From the NCBI GenBank assembly GCA_965207885.1, contig OZ242311.1, positions 4,096,001-4,160,000 on the forward strand: 64,000 bases of DNA. The letters are read 5' to 3'. Source of the stretch: Candidatus Latescibacterota bacterium. Its GTDB lineage: Bacteria; Latescibacterota; UBA2968. Under the pieces are notes generated by a model that made no database searches, was not told where the DNA came from, and saw nothing but the letters and a program-made list of their open reading frames with translations. The position numbers and the translations under genes are program-made. Shown one piece after another: positions 1-9,284 of the stretch (position 1 is its first letter; every line of letters starts with the position of its first letter).

Positions 1-43
1 GCGATTAAACCAATTCGCCTTTTGAATACGCTATAAAAAAATT

Positions 44-196
44 ATGCCCAAACTGATCACGCTTTTTGCCGTCATCGCGCTTTTGATCTGTCTGCTGTCG
101 CTGTTCTCACAGAGCCGTTTTTCTCTGTCTCTGGATGTGGACAGTGCAGCGCCGTATCTTGCAGCCGACGGATATGATGGGCGTAATACCAATTAA
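44..196 (+). pseudogene. Small ORF (50 aa) with signal-peptide-like N-terminus; probable truncated secreted-protein gene
   Basis: Manual translation MPKLITLFAVIALLICLLSLFSQSRFSLSLDVDSAAPYLAADGYDGRNTN*; below the ORF-track length cutoff. Confidence 0.3.
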
Positions 197-257
197 TCGC
201 GGATAACAAGAATATTTACGAGCCACTTCTGGCGCGTTAAAAAGTTGGAGGGTAAGC

Positions 258-1244
258 ATGTCGTTGAAATTACGCGCTCTTATCTGGGGTACTGTTTTGT
301 TGATGGGAGTTTTATCTAATATGGGTACTGCGTGGGCGCAGATACCACCACAAGATGTGGTCGTTTTGCCCAGGGAGCAACTGACTATCAGGTCTGTCGG
401 CGATGTGTTTCAGGATTGTCTAGTTTGTCCAGAGGTGGTCATTTTACCACCGGGGCATTTTCTGATGGGATCCGTAAGACGAGGGCTGGAAACTGTGACG
501 CGGAACGAGATGCCGCAGCATCTGGTGACGATAGGACAGCCCATAGTCGTGGGGCGATATGAGGTGACGTTTGCCCAATGGGAGGCTTGTGTGAGGGATG
601 GGGGCTGCAACGGCTATAAGCCGAAAGATGAGAAGTGGGGCAGGGGCAATCGCCCGGTGATCCATGTGGATTGGGATGACGCGCAGGGCTATGTCTCGTG
701 GCTCAGTCGTAAGACGGGAAAGCCGTATCGTCTGCTGAGTGAGGCCGAGTGGGAGTATGCCGCGCGGGCTGGTACGACAACGCCCTATTATTGGGGGGAC
801 GACCCGCGAAGGACTGAGATTTGCGCGTATGCAAATGCGGGTCCCTATCATCGCTGTGCGGATAAAACCCTGCCTGTCGGGTCGTTGCGTCCGAATAACT
901 TTGGTTTGTACGATATGAGCGGCAATGTGCTGGAGTGGACAGCGGACTGCTGGAATGATACCTACGACGGCGCGCCCTCACAGGGCAGTGCCTGGCAAGA
1001 GGGGAATTGCAAGATGCGGGTTCTTCGGGGCGGGTCCTGGTACGAGCATGCGCGTATGGATGTTGTCGGCCCTTTTCGTTCTGCCGCACGCCATCGCGGC
1101 GGTGGGAGCGCAAAATACATCGGCTTTCGGGTTGCGCGGACGATGGCTGTGGCGCCAAATCCCTACCGTGGGCAGCGTGAATATCGGGAGGGAATGCCCC
1201 AACAACAACCTTCCCGAGAACGGCCCGAGTCCAGGTCGCCGTGA
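258..1244 (+). CDS. Formylglycine-generating-enzyme (SUMF1/FGE-sulfatase) domain secreted protein
   Basis: Signal peptide; motifs F(L)MGS, YEVT, PVIHVDW, RLLSEAEWEYAARAG, PNNFGLYDMSGNVLEW, RVLRGGSW, IGFRVAR; GGAGG RBS. Confidence 0.9.
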   Translation: MSLKLRALIWGTVLLMGVLSNMGTAWAQIPPQDVVVLPREQLTIRSVGDVFQDCLVCPEVVILPPGHFLMGSVRRGLETVTRNEMPQHLVTIGQPIVVGRYEVTFAQWEACVRDGGCNGYKPKDEKWGRGNRPVIHVDWDDAQGYVSWLSRKTGKPYRLLSEAEWEYAARAGTTTPYYWGDDPRRTEICAYANAGPYHRCADKTLPVGSLRPNNFGLYDMSGNVLEWTADCWNDTYDGAPSQGSAWQEGNCKMRVLRGGSWYEHARMDVVGPFRSAARHRGGGSAKYIGFRVARTMAVAPNPYRGQREYREGMPQQQPSRERPESRSP

Positions 1245-1254
1245 AAATTGGTCC

Positions 1255-1292
1255 GTAGGGGCAGGTCTTGTGCCTGCCCGTCGTCCGTAGGG
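1255..1292 (+). repeat. GTAG-type REP palindrome plus a truncated second copy
   Basis: GTAGGGGCAGGTCTTGTGCCTGCCC (GGGCAGG/CCTGCCC stem) followed by a second GTCCGTAGGG. Confidence 0.65.
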
Positions 1293-1382
1293 CTGGCATT
1301 TGACAATGTCTTTGGGCAGATATATCTTTTGAAATCTACCTCTGTGTTTGCCACATGGATTTCTATAGAGAGGATGTGGTCC

Positions 1383-2960
1383 ATGCGCTTCTTCAATACG
1401 ACCGGCCCGGTGGTGGCAGCAGACCATTACTGCATCCCGCCTCTGGAACGGCTGAACCTTGTCGATGTGCGCCGGCTTATCCGCGACAAACGCTACTTTG
1501 TTTTGCACGCGCCCCGGCAGACGGGCAAGACTTCGGCATTGTTGGCGCTGCGCGATTTGCTCAATGCCGAAGACGCCTACCGGTGTGTGTACGTCAATAT
1601 CGAAGGAGGGCAGGCCGCACGCGAAGATGTGGAACAGGTGATGCGTACCATTCTGGGCGAACTGGCATCCTGGGCGCGTTCGACACTGGGCGACGAATTT
1701 TTGGACGATATTTGGCCCGACATTCTGGCAAAATACGGACCTCACGGTGCCCTGCGCGAAGCGTTGACGCGCTGGACTGAGGCGAACTCAAAACCCCTGG
1801 TACTGCTTATTGATGAGATCGATGCTCTGATTGGCGATTCTCTATTGTCTGTGCTGCGGCAGTTGCGGGCTGGCTATGTCCGCCGTCCAGCGGGTTTTCC
1901 GCAGAGTGTGGTGCTGTGCGGGGTGCGCGATGTGCGCGATTATCGTATCCATTCCACCGCAGAGAACGCACTTATTGCCGGTGGCAGTGCGTTCAATATC
2001 AGAGCGCGATCCCTTCGCCTGGGCGATTTCTCGCGGGACGAGGTGATTGCTCTGCTCAATCAGCATACAGAGGAGACGGGACAGGTGTTCACCGCCGATG
2101 CGCTGGAGACGGTCTGGACACAGACGCAAGGGCAACCCTATCTGGTGAACGCGCTGGCGGATGAGACCTGTTTTCATGACGGGGACACAGCAGACCGACT
2201 TCGTCCGATCACCGCAGACGACATCCTCGAAGCGCAAGAGCAACTCATCCTGCGCCGAGAAACACATTTGGATCAGTTGGCCGATAAGTTGCAGGAAGAA
2301 CGCGTACAGCGCGTGATTGAACCGCTGCTGAGTGGTGGAGAGGACAGCGACTTCTCCACGCGCGACCTCGAGTACGTCCGCGACCTGGGTTTGATTGCAT
2401 CCGAAGATCCACTCCGTATTGCCAATCCGATCTACGCGGAAATCGTCCCACGCGAATTGACCTACGCAGCCCAGGTGGGACTTAATGAGGATACAGCCTG
2501 GTATGTCAATGCTGATGGCAGCTTGAATGTAGTCAAGCTGATGACCGAGTTTCAGACTTTTTTCCGCGAGCATTCAGAGCATTGGGTGACGCGGTTCCAA
2601 TATCAGGAGGCGGGTCCGCAGTTGCTGTTGCAGGCGTTTTTGCAGCGCATTGTGAACAGTGGCGGGCGCATTGAACGGGAGTATGGTTTGGGACGTGGAC
2701 GCACCGATCTGTTGATCTTATGGCCGCAGGGCGATCAGACGCACAAAATCGTGATTGAATGTAAATTGCTCCACAAGAGTCTGGACCAGACCATTGCCGA
2801 GGGTCTGGAACAGACGGCGGAATACATGGATCGCTGCAATGCAGAGGCAGGCCATCTGGTGATTTTTGACCGTCGCGCAGGCAGGCGTTGGGAGGATAAG
2901 GTGTTCCACCGTCGCCGTGCGTCTGAAGGTGGTGTTGAGATAGACGTATGGGGCATGTGA
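1383..2960 (+). CDS. AAA-family ATPase with C-terminal PD-(D/E)XK nuclease-like domain
   Basis: Start re-assigned to MRFFNTTGP; Walker A HAPRQTGKTS, Walker B LLIDEID, C-terminal REY..GRTDL..VIECK. Confidence 0.85.
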   Translation: MRFFNTTGPVVAADHYCIPPLERLNLVDVRRLIRDKRYFVLHAPRQTGKTSALLALRDLLNAEDAYRCVYVNIEGGQAAREDVEQVMRTILGELASWARSTLGDEFLDDIWPDILAKYGPHGALREALTRWTEANSKPLVLLIDEIDALIGDSLLSVLRQLRAGYVRRPAGFPQSVVLCGVRDVRDYRIHSTAENALIAGGSAFNIRARSLRLGDFSRDEVIALLNQHTEETGQVFTADALETVWTQTQGQPYLVNALADETCFHDGDTADRLRPITADDILEAQEQLILRRETHLDQLADKLQEERVQRVIEPLLSGGEDSDFSTRDLEYVRDLGLIASEDPLRIANPIYAEIVPRELTYAAQVGLNEDTAWYVNADGSLNVVKLMTEFQTFFREHSEHWVTRFQYQEAGPQLLLQAFLQRIVNSGGRIEREYGLGRGRTDLLILWPQGDQTHKIVIECKLLHKSLDQTIAEGLEQTAEYMDRCNAEAGHLVIFDRRAGRRWEDKVFHRRRASEGGVEIDVWGM

Positions 2961-3020
2961 TCCTTTGCGTCTTGTTCATCTGTTGATGACTGCAAGAAGG
3001 TTTAAATATTATCTCAATAG

Positions 3021-3437
3021 GTTGCGTACCCACTGCCGCAACTCGATGAACGCGGCAAGGCACGCCTGACTACGTGGTTGGTTGATCAACACCGATTGGG
3101 CGTCAAATATCCGGAAATACTACAGCAAACGATCACGGAGGTGGAACAGCAAAAGGATTTGTCCGTCCACGACCGTGCAGACCGGCTTCTTCAGTACATT
3201 GGAGATCAAACTGTAGAGATCGGCACAGAATGTGTTTTCACGCCCGAAGAAATGCTCTCCACAGCGATAGCAGCATGGTCGGAATCCCTCAGCCAGGAAG
3301 AGGTGCAATATCTACTAAATTATTTGGATAATCAGGGTTGGATAGCACTACGTGAATATCCTCCAGGTAAATACACAATATCGGTCAGATACACCCTAAC
3401 GGTCGAAGGATACGCTCGGCTTGCAGAGCTTAAGTAA
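3021..3437 (+). pseudogene. Gene fragment lacking start and C-terminal domain
   Basis: Frame open from a stop at 3018: ..QLDERGKARLTTWLVDQHRLG..LTVEGYARLAELK*; no credible RBS/ATG. Confidence 0.5.
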
Positions 3438-3990
3438 GGCAAAAAATGAAGTATTCCAGTTGGAGCTTGAGTGGCTAAATCCGGGCTATCCCTCCTATAA
3501 AATTTCTTTAAAAAACAAAAGCCGCCAAACCGCAAAAAATATTTATTGTCTCGCGATATTCTTTGACGAAAAACAAAAAATAATCGGTATGGATCATATA
3601 AAAGTACCTGAAATAGGTGGTTTAGAGAAAGAGGAGGTAAGGCGTGAGAGTATTTTCACTTACGAGAGTGGGAAGGAAGAGAAAGAATTCAAAAATTGGG
3701 TTTCGAGAATGAATGATGATCAGCGGGTTCGTGTATTAACCGACCAGCTCATTGAGGATTCTAACCAGCTCATTGAGAAGTCAAAAGAAATTTTGGAAAG
3801 GGTAAAAAGAAATCAATCGATTACGAATGATGAGGCTCGTGTATATGCTCGACAAAATTTTGAGAACTTTAAAGAAATTAACGACTATAATTTTCTTGCC
3901 CCTGATATGAAAAAGAAGGACTGGCAAACAGCAATTCTTGAATATAAACTGGAGGGAAATTTTACGATTCGATATGACGTGGGTAAGTAG
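3421..3990 (+). CDS. Hypothetical protein, AT-rich, probably 5'-truncated
   Basis: 189-aa ORF with TTG start overlapping the upstream fragment; internal 21-nt duplication (DQLIEDS/NQLIEKS). Confidence 0.45.
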   Translation: MQSLSKAKNEVFQLELEWLNPGYPSYKISLKNKSRQTAKNIYCLAIFFDEKQKIIGMDHIKVPEIGGLEKEEVRRESIFTYESGKEEKEFKNWVSRMNDDQRVRVLTDQLIEDSNQLIEKSKEILERVKRNQSITNDEARVYARQNFENFKEINDYNFLAPDMKKKDWQTAILEYKLEGNFTIRYDVGK

Positions 3991-4056
3991 TCGCCCCTGA
4001 GGCGCGATTATCATCTGTTGCTTCGGGAGTAGGGATAGTAATAAAAAAAGGACAGC

Positions 4057-4374
4057 ATGATGATGGACCAAACAATCTTGGACAACATTATTCGTCGAAT
4101 TGTGGCAGTGGCTGATCCGGAGAAGATCATCCTGTTCGGGTCTGCTGCGCGAGGCAATATGAATCGTCATAGCGATGTCGATTTGCTCATCGTCAAGGAG
4201 GGTGAGGATCCACTCGATCTCATGGGACAGATTTACCAGAATTTGCACGGAGTAGGTGCAGCCGTTGACGCTATCGTGGTCACGCCCCAGGCCATCGAGC
4301 GCTACAAGGATAGCCACGCCCTGATTATCAAGCCCGCGCTGCAGGAAGGAAAGGTCATCTATGAATCTCCCTGA
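4057..4374 (+). CDS. Minimal nucleotidyltransferase (MNT) antitoxin
   Basis: IILFGSAARG...SDVDLLIV Pol-beta-like NTase motif; overlaps downstream HEPN gene. Confidence 0.9.
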   Translation: MMMDQTILDNIIRRIVAVADPEKIILFGSAARGNMNRHSDVDLLIVKEGEDPLDLMGQIYQNLHGVGAAVDAIVVTPQAIERYKDSHALIIKPALQEGKVIYESP

Positions 4375-4753
4375 ACGCTTTCCTCCGGACGATCCTCGGG
4401 AATGGATGAACCGCGCCCGAAGTGACCTGACGCAAGCAAAGAGCCAGGTGCCTGGCGTCTATTTTGAAAATTTGTGCTTCAATGCGCAGCAGGCAGCCGA
4501 AAAGGCTATCAAAGCCGTGATGATCACACGCAATATCGAGTTCCCTTTTGTGCATGACCTTGCCCGTCTGTTATCACTACTCATAGAAGAGAAAAAGTCT
4601 ATACCATCGGCAATCAGTCGAGCCAGTGTATTGACCAAATATGCCACCATTACGCGCTATCCCGGCGACATCAGGCCCGTTACCGAAGCAGAGTATCGGG
4701 AAGCCATAGCCATTGCCGAAGCCGTCGTCCATTGGGCTGAGGAGCAGATATGA
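4361..4753 (+). CDS. HEPN-domain protein (MNT-HEPN module)
   Basis: W..RA.SDL, CFNAQQAAEKAIKA, HDLARLL, TRYPG motifs. Confidence 0.9.
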   Translation: MNLPERFPPDDPREWMNRARSDLTQAKSQVPGVYFENLCFNAQQAAEKAIKAVMITRNIEFPFVHDLARLLSLLIEEKKSIPSAISRASVLTKYATITRYPGDIRPVTEAEYREAIAIAEAVVHWAEEQI

Positions 4754-4985
4754 TCCCAAAGCATGCAAGCGTCTGGTGCAAAAAAGTAAGCATTGGCCGG
4801 GTGATTCCCTTACATCTCACACCCGACCAGGAGTGGCAGATCGGGGAGAACAGGTATATGAATTTTTATATCTGAATGGTGGACACAATTCTGGAACCTG
4901 GAGTTGGGGAAAGCCAGGGCCAGCCAATGGTGCACTGCTTTTTCCAGATGCGCTTGAGTTCTTTTTTACACAGATACGGGGTTGA
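4750..4985 (+). pseudogene. C-terminal fragment of an unknown gene
   Basis: Open frame ..GEQVYEFLYLNGGHNSGTWSWGKPGPANGALLFPDALEFFF..* with no start, abutting the HEPN stop. Confidence 0.35.
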
Positions 4986-4986
4986 T

Positions 4987-5379
4987 ATGGTGGACGAAGA
5001 ACAAGACGATCCTGCTTTCGATGAAAAAGAGGAGTTGGATGCAGGGATACCATATAATGAATTCCCATGGCTGCGGGAGACTTTGCGGGAGGAATCCCAG
5101 AAACTGAGGGATGGTTTTAGATCTCCCAATATCAAGATTAAATTGTATAAAGCGCAGAATGGAAGATGTAATGCCCCTTGTGGTAAAAATGGTAAAGGGC
5201 GAAAATTTCCAATAGATATATTTGAAGTTGACCACATAGACCCCAGGTCTAAAGGGGGTAAGGATATTGACGAGAACTTACAATTGCTATGTCCTACCTG
5301 TAACCGTCGCAAGGGCAATATGCCCATGCAGGATTTTGTGGATAAATTCGCTCAAAAAAAAATCCCTTTCGACAAATGA
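4987..5379 (+). CDS. HNH endonuclease
   Basis: LYKAQNGRC..C, EVDHIDPRSKGG...NLQLLCPTCNRRKG; ATG at 4987. Confidence 0.85.
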   Translation: MVDEEQDDPAFDEKEELDAGIPYNEFPWLRETLREESQKLRDGFRSPNIKIKLYKAQNGRCNAPCGKNGKGRKFPIDIFEVDHIDPRSKGGKDIDENLQLLCPTCNRRKGNMPMQDFVDKFAQKKIPFDK

Positions 5380-5394
5380 ATTTCAACAAGAGGA

Positions 5395-6099
5395 TTGCTA
5401 ACAGTGAGTTGGGATTATAGAGCATTGACAGTTTATTCTTATCAAGTTTCTCTCGGTTATATCGAATCAGTTTTACACATACAAAACGTTATTATTCCCG
5501 CTATAAATAGAGGTGAAATAAAGGAAGTTAGTGACCGATCTTCTTTTCACAGTCTGAGGATATGTTCTCTGGACTCTTTACACAACTCTTTTGAACAACT
5601 ACTCAGGTCAATGGTTTATCTTGAAGGAGAGATTAAGAATTCAAAAGACTTTGGCAAAGATCATAACTTAGTTAAAATACTTAATCTGATGAATGACCAA
5701 GATAAGTATAATTCAGAGGTAGAGTCTTTGTTAGAAATTTACTATCGCAATGCTGCTGGTTCTGGACGATTGCCTACAAAGAGTTCATTTGAGAGTATTT
5801 TCAGATCAAATATGAAATTGGATAGAATTGTTTATCACGTTCAAGATATTTACAGACGGAATGGTGGCAAGAATATGAGGTATTCTTATGAGAAAGATGC
5901 CAGAGGAGGAGGAAAGTTTTGTATCATAGAAACCAGAGAGGTTTGGAGAACGTTGGTAATTCTACTTGCTTTTGCCTACGCTCACAAGGACAGGATTCTA
6001 AGTCAGTATAAAGATTTCAATAGTAATTTTAACCACTTGATTTATTTGAGCAGTGAGTTTTCACTATTCGACAAGTATCTCAAGTTTAAGCTCGGTTAG
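5395..6099 (+). CDS. AT-rich hypothetical protein, possible divergent HEPN-fold protein
   Basis: 234-aa ORF; SFEQLLRS...KDHNLVKIL...MRYS pattern parallels the HEPN E..LKA/H.L..L/RY pattern. Confidence 0.5.
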   Translation: MLTVSWDYRALTVYSYQVSLGYIESVLHIQNVIIPAINRGEIKEVSDRSSFHSLRICSLDSLHNSFEQLLRSMVYLEGEIKNSKDFGKDHNLVKILNLMNDQDKYNSEVESLLEIYYRNAAGSGRLPTKSSFESIFRSNMKLDRIVYHVQDIYRRNGGKNMRYSYEKDARGGGKFCIIETREVWRTLVILLAFAYAHKDRILSQYKDFNSNFNHLIYLSSEFSLFDKYLKFKLG

Positions 6100-6147
6100 G
6101 CTCAATTCTTAGTTTACATAATGAAATTCAAGATTTTGAACTATGTT

Positions 6148-6180
6148 CTTGTAACACATTGCTCAACAATCAGTTACAAG
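6148..6180. repeat. Inverted repeat 3' of tRNA-Leu(TAA) (terminator or att-associated dyad)
   Basis: CTTGTAAC-N17-GTTACAAG. Confidence 0.45.
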
Positions 6181-6217
6181 GAAATCTAAATAAGCCTTAT
6201 TTCCTAAAATAAAAAAA

Positions 6218-6302
6218 TGCCGAGAACGGGACTCGAACCCGTACGGGCGATTAGCCCAAGGGATTTTAAGTCCCTCGTGTCTACCAATTCCACCATCTCG
6301 GC
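6218..6302 (-). tRNA. tRNA-Leu(TAA), CCA not encoded
   Basis: Reverse complement GCCGAGATGGTGGAATTGGTAGACACGAGGGACTTAAAATCCCT..long variable arm..GGTTCGAGTCCCGTTCTCGGCA. Confidence 0.96.
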
Positions 6303-6313
6303 ACTACATAAAA

Positions 6314-6342
6314 AAAATAGGTAAAGGTGTCCTGCTTGTCAA
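6314..6342 (-). promoter_or_regulatory. sigma70-like promoter of tRNA-Leu(TAA)
   Basis: TTGACA-N17-TATTTT on the minus strand just upstream of the tRNA. Confidence 0.65.
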
Positions 6343-6368
6343 ACGCACAATTTCTTTTTTTGCAGCGC

Positions 6369-7274
6369 TCAACCATCCAATCGTTCGGCCAGCGCACAGG
6401 TGGCTGGCGTGCCATCTACTTCTGCAAACACTTTCCCAAATTCCTCCGGAGAAACCTGCCGCGTATTCTCTCCGCGATACTGAAATTGCAGTGCCCTGCG
6501 GCGGTGCGGACTGCGGTTTGGAGGCGTCTGATGGGGCAGCATCGCCGAAAAGATCATCGCCCCTCCCGCCTTCATTTCCAGCGGAACCGCATCGCTATAA
6601 TCCAACCGACCTTCCACAATCTGACAGTCAATCGTATGTACGTGTTTGAATGCCTCGCCCTTGTGCCTACCGGGCAACACATGCATGCACCCATTCTCTA
6701 TCGTTGCATCGTCCAGCGTAATCCACGCCGTCGCAACCGCCTCTAAGGGCAACCAGTCAAAATAGGCATTGTCCTGATGCCAGGGCTTTTCCGATCCAAT
6801 AAACGGCGGCTTGGAAAGAGCCATCTCATTTTTCAAAACCACCTTCTGCCCCAGAACGCGCGCTACAAATCCCATGATACGTGGGTGTTCGACCAGGGCT
6901 ATAAATGTGGGATGCGCCTGATGATATCCATGCAACTTGCGAAAATTAAGCTCGGCTTCGGCATTTGCCAATGCAAGAGGGTCCTCAACACCTTGCTCAA
7001 AGTGAATCCCAAACGGGCCGTCTAATTCCTGCACCTGAACGCCAGCATAGTTCCCCCTTGTCCCGGGTTTTTCTTCCCGCACCCGTGCCCGGCCAGCGCG
7101 TGCCTCGTCCATCAACCACCCCGTGATCTCGCTCAAAGCCATCCGAGCGGCCTCGACCTCTTCGGCAGTCAACACATTTTCAAATGCCAGATACCCATCC
7201 CGGTGAAATTGCGCCACCAGGGCATCGTCCAGGACCTCTGGACAATCCGGTAAACGCGCTATTGACACAGACAT
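6369..7274 (-). CDS. Phytanoyl-CoA dioxygenase (PhyH) family Fe(II)/2OG dioxygenase
   Basis: FHRDGYL, KPWHQDNAYF (HxD), NGCMHVLPG, H..PPNRS..RR; start MSVS after GGAGGG. Confidence 0.9.
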   Translation of the reverse strand: MSVSIARLPDCPEVLDDALVAQFHRDGYLAFENVLTAEEVEAARMALSEITGWLMDEARAGRARVREEKPGTRGNYAGVQVQELDGPFGIHFEQGVEDPLALANAEAELNFRKLHGYHQAHPTFIALVEHPRIMGFVARVLGQKVVLKNEMALSKPPFIGSEKPWHQDNAYFDWLPLEAVATAWITLDDATIENGCMHVLPGRHKGEAFKHVHTIDCQIVEGRLDYSDAVPLEMKAGGAMIFSAMLPHQTPPNRSPHRRRALQFQYRGENTRQVSPEEFGKVFAEVDGTPATCALAERLDG

Positions 7275-7364
7275 CTTGCCCTCCTGCATTACAAAATACC
7301 AAACGCCATTTCCAAAGAAATTTAAAGCATTTCAACACACTTGACAAGAAAATCGAAACAAATA

Positions 7365-7396
7365 ACCGGTCAATCTCATCATCGAAATTGACCGGC
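7365..7396 (-). terminator. Hairpin downstream of tRNA-Cys
   Basis: CCGGTCAAT...ATTGACCGG inverted repeat, T-rich tail on the minus strand. Confidence 0.55.
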
Positions 7397-7403
7397 TGAT
7401 TTT

Positions 7404-7477
7404 TGGAGGTGCCGGGCGGATTCGAACCGCCGATAAAGGCTTTGCAGGCCTCTGCCTTACCGCTTGGCCACGGCACC
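7404..7477 (-). tRNA. tRNA-Cys(GCA)
   Basis: Reverse complement GGTGCCGTGGCCAAGCGGTAAGGCAGAGGCCTGCAAAGCCTTTATCGGCGGTTCGAATCCGCCCGGCACCTCCA. Confidence 0.97.
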
Positions 7478-7507
7478 CAATACGCTGTGTTTGATCCGCG
7501 AAGCGTT

Positions 7508-7536
7508 AAAATACCGTACTTTATATCGAATGTCAA
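7508..7536 (-). promoter_or_regulatory. sigma70-like promoter of tRNA-Cys
   Basis: TTGACA-N17-TATTTT on the minus strand. Confidence 0.65.
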
Positions 7537-7545
7537 GGGGTGGCG

Positions 7546-8199
7546 TCAACGCGCAGCCCAGTTAATACCGCGTCGCTGGATCTCTTTCGCCTCTGGCACA
7601 TCAAAATCCACGGCTTTGTGCCCCAGGGAAGAGTAAAACACCCGTCCTGCACCCCACAGGCGTTTCCAAACTACCGGCATCACACAACCATTGACCCAGG
7701 GGGCCACATCGGTCTCAAACGTCGTTGTCACCAGCACTTCATTTCCCGGATCAGTATGCATATAATACTGCTCGGAATGCATCGCAAAATCGCTCAGACC
7801 CGCCACAATCGGATCATCTGCTTTTTCCGGCACAATATTGACCTCATAATCGATCACCCCACCCGGGTGCGACACCCACTGCCCGCCCGTCATCCACTGA
7901 TAGCCCGTATTATTGCGAAATGCATCGCACATCCCACCGTGCCATCCCGCCAATCCAACGCCACTCTTAACCGCCCCTTGAAGCCCCTGTTCCTGTCCTT
8001 TTTCAATGCTACCCATCGTCCAGCACGGCACAACCACGCTCAGTTCCGACATGTAATCCGCATCCGTATAAACATCCATTGAATCGCGAACATCTACATC
8101 AAACCCATCTGCTTCCAGTAACGGCGCAAAAATATCCACACATTCCTTTGGCTCGTGCCCTTGCCAACCACCCCATACCATCAGAGCTTTCTTACTCAT
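7546..8199 (-). CDS. ThuA-like domain protein
   Basis: [50 protein letters not shown]. Confidence 0.88.
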   Translation of the reverse strand: MSKKALMVWGGWQGHEPKECVDIFAPLLEADGFDVDVRDSMDVYTDADYMSELSVVVPCWTMGSIEKGQEQGLQGAVKSGVGLAGWHGGMCDAFRNNTGYQWMTGGQWVSHPGGVIDYEVNIVPEKADDPIVAGLSDFAMHSEQYYMHTDPGNEVLVTTTFETDVAPWVNGCVMPVVWKRLWGAGRVFYSSLGHKAVDFDVPEAKEIQRRGINWAAR

Positions 8200-8224
8200 C
8201 TTCATCTCCTTATTTGAAAATCTG

Positions 8225-9280
8225 TCAACTGCCCAGCGCAAAAGCCAGGCCCCTATCTTCTGCTGTCTTCTTCAGATCATTTAACGTAACAGCATTCAAC
8301 GGTATGCCCTGTTTGCGATACGCATTCCGCCGCAGGGCTTCGGGTTCACCAGGGGCAAATAGCCGATCCACCCCAGGCGCCCTTTTGCAGGCATGAATCT
8401 GCTGAATCGCATTGTCAATCCGCGCCTTGAATCGCGCCACATCTTCAAAAGCACCCACCCGAATAGCCGCTACAAAATGACCATCTTCACCTGCCTGTGG
8501 TCCATCTTCCATATTGCCCAATTCGGTGCCATAGCTCGCGCCGGATAACATAGAAGACAAAATCCCCATCACCATGGCCAGTGCCACACCTTTAAATTGC
8601 CCAATCGGCATCAACAAACCATCTATCGCCTTTACGGGATCGGTCGTCGGCACCCCATCCGCATCCATAGCCCACCCTTCTGGCAGGGTCAGTCCTTTTT
8701 GTTCATATACGCGAATTTTCCCATGCGCAGAGCCTGAAAATGCCGCGTCAAAAACAATGGGGAATTCCCCACCGGCGGGAATCGCCACACTCAAGGGATT
8801 GATACCCAGGATACGCTCAGCACCTCCCCACGGAGCCATTGTGGGCAAAGCATTGGTCGTCGCAACCCCAATCATATCGCAATCCAGGGCCATACGCGCA
8901 AAATACCCCACGGCACCGCAGTGATTACTGCCCCGAATACCCGCGGCTGCTATACCAATATCCCGAGCGCGAGCAATCACCTGCTGCATCGCAAACCCCA
9001 TCCCAATCTGCCCCATAGAATTGCCCCCATCCACCACCAGACACGCCCCATTATCCTTCACCACCTCGGGTTTGCCATTTGGATCCACGCCATCAACCGT
9101 CAACTTCCTCACGTATTCGGGAACGCGCAATACCCCGTGCGAATGCACCCCACCGAGATCCGCATCCACCAGCGAATCCGCCAACAGATGTGCATCCCCT
9201 TCACCCATCCCACACGTCTCAAAAATTGCCTGCACCAGATCCAACAGCGCCCCAGCAGCCACACGCCTTTCATTCTCCAT
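8225..9280 (-). CDS. Ldh_2 (malate/L-lactate/ureidoglycolate dehydrogenase) family oxidoreductase
   Basis: [39 protein letters not shown]; start MENERR. Confidence 0.9.
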   Translation of the reverse strand: MENERRVAAGALLDLVQAIFETCGMGEGDAHLLADSLVDADLGGVHSHGVLRVPEYVRKLTVDGVDPNGKPEVVKDNGACLVVDGGNSMGQIGMGFAMQQVIARARDIGIAAAGIRGSNHCGAVGYFARMALDCDMIGVATTNALPTMAPWGGAERILGINPLSVAIPAGGEFPIVFDAAFSGSAHGKIRVYEQKGLTLPEGWAMDADGVPTTDPVKAIDGLLMPIGQFKGVALAMVMGILSSMLSGASYGTELGNMEDGPQAGEDGHFVAAIRVGAFEDVARFKARIDNAIQQIHACKRAPGVDRLFAPGEPEALRRNAYRKQGIPLNAVTLNDLKKTAEDRGLAFALGS

Positions 9281-9284
9281 TGCA

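Noticed and set aside
258-1244. FGE-domain gene as a diversity-generating-retroelement target or as the sulfatase-maturing enzyme
   Set aside because: No reverse transcriptase or template repeat seen in the window; the protein has RGGSW rather than the catalytic Cys-containing core of true FGE
1-6302. Intact prophage or integrative element at tRNA-Leu(TAA)
   Set aside because: No integrase, phage structural genes or second att copy seen in the window
7403-7636. ORFs overlapping tRNA-Cys (and 27842-28030, 27959-28990 over tRNA-Leu)
   Set aside because: Translations of tRNA sequence or alternative frames
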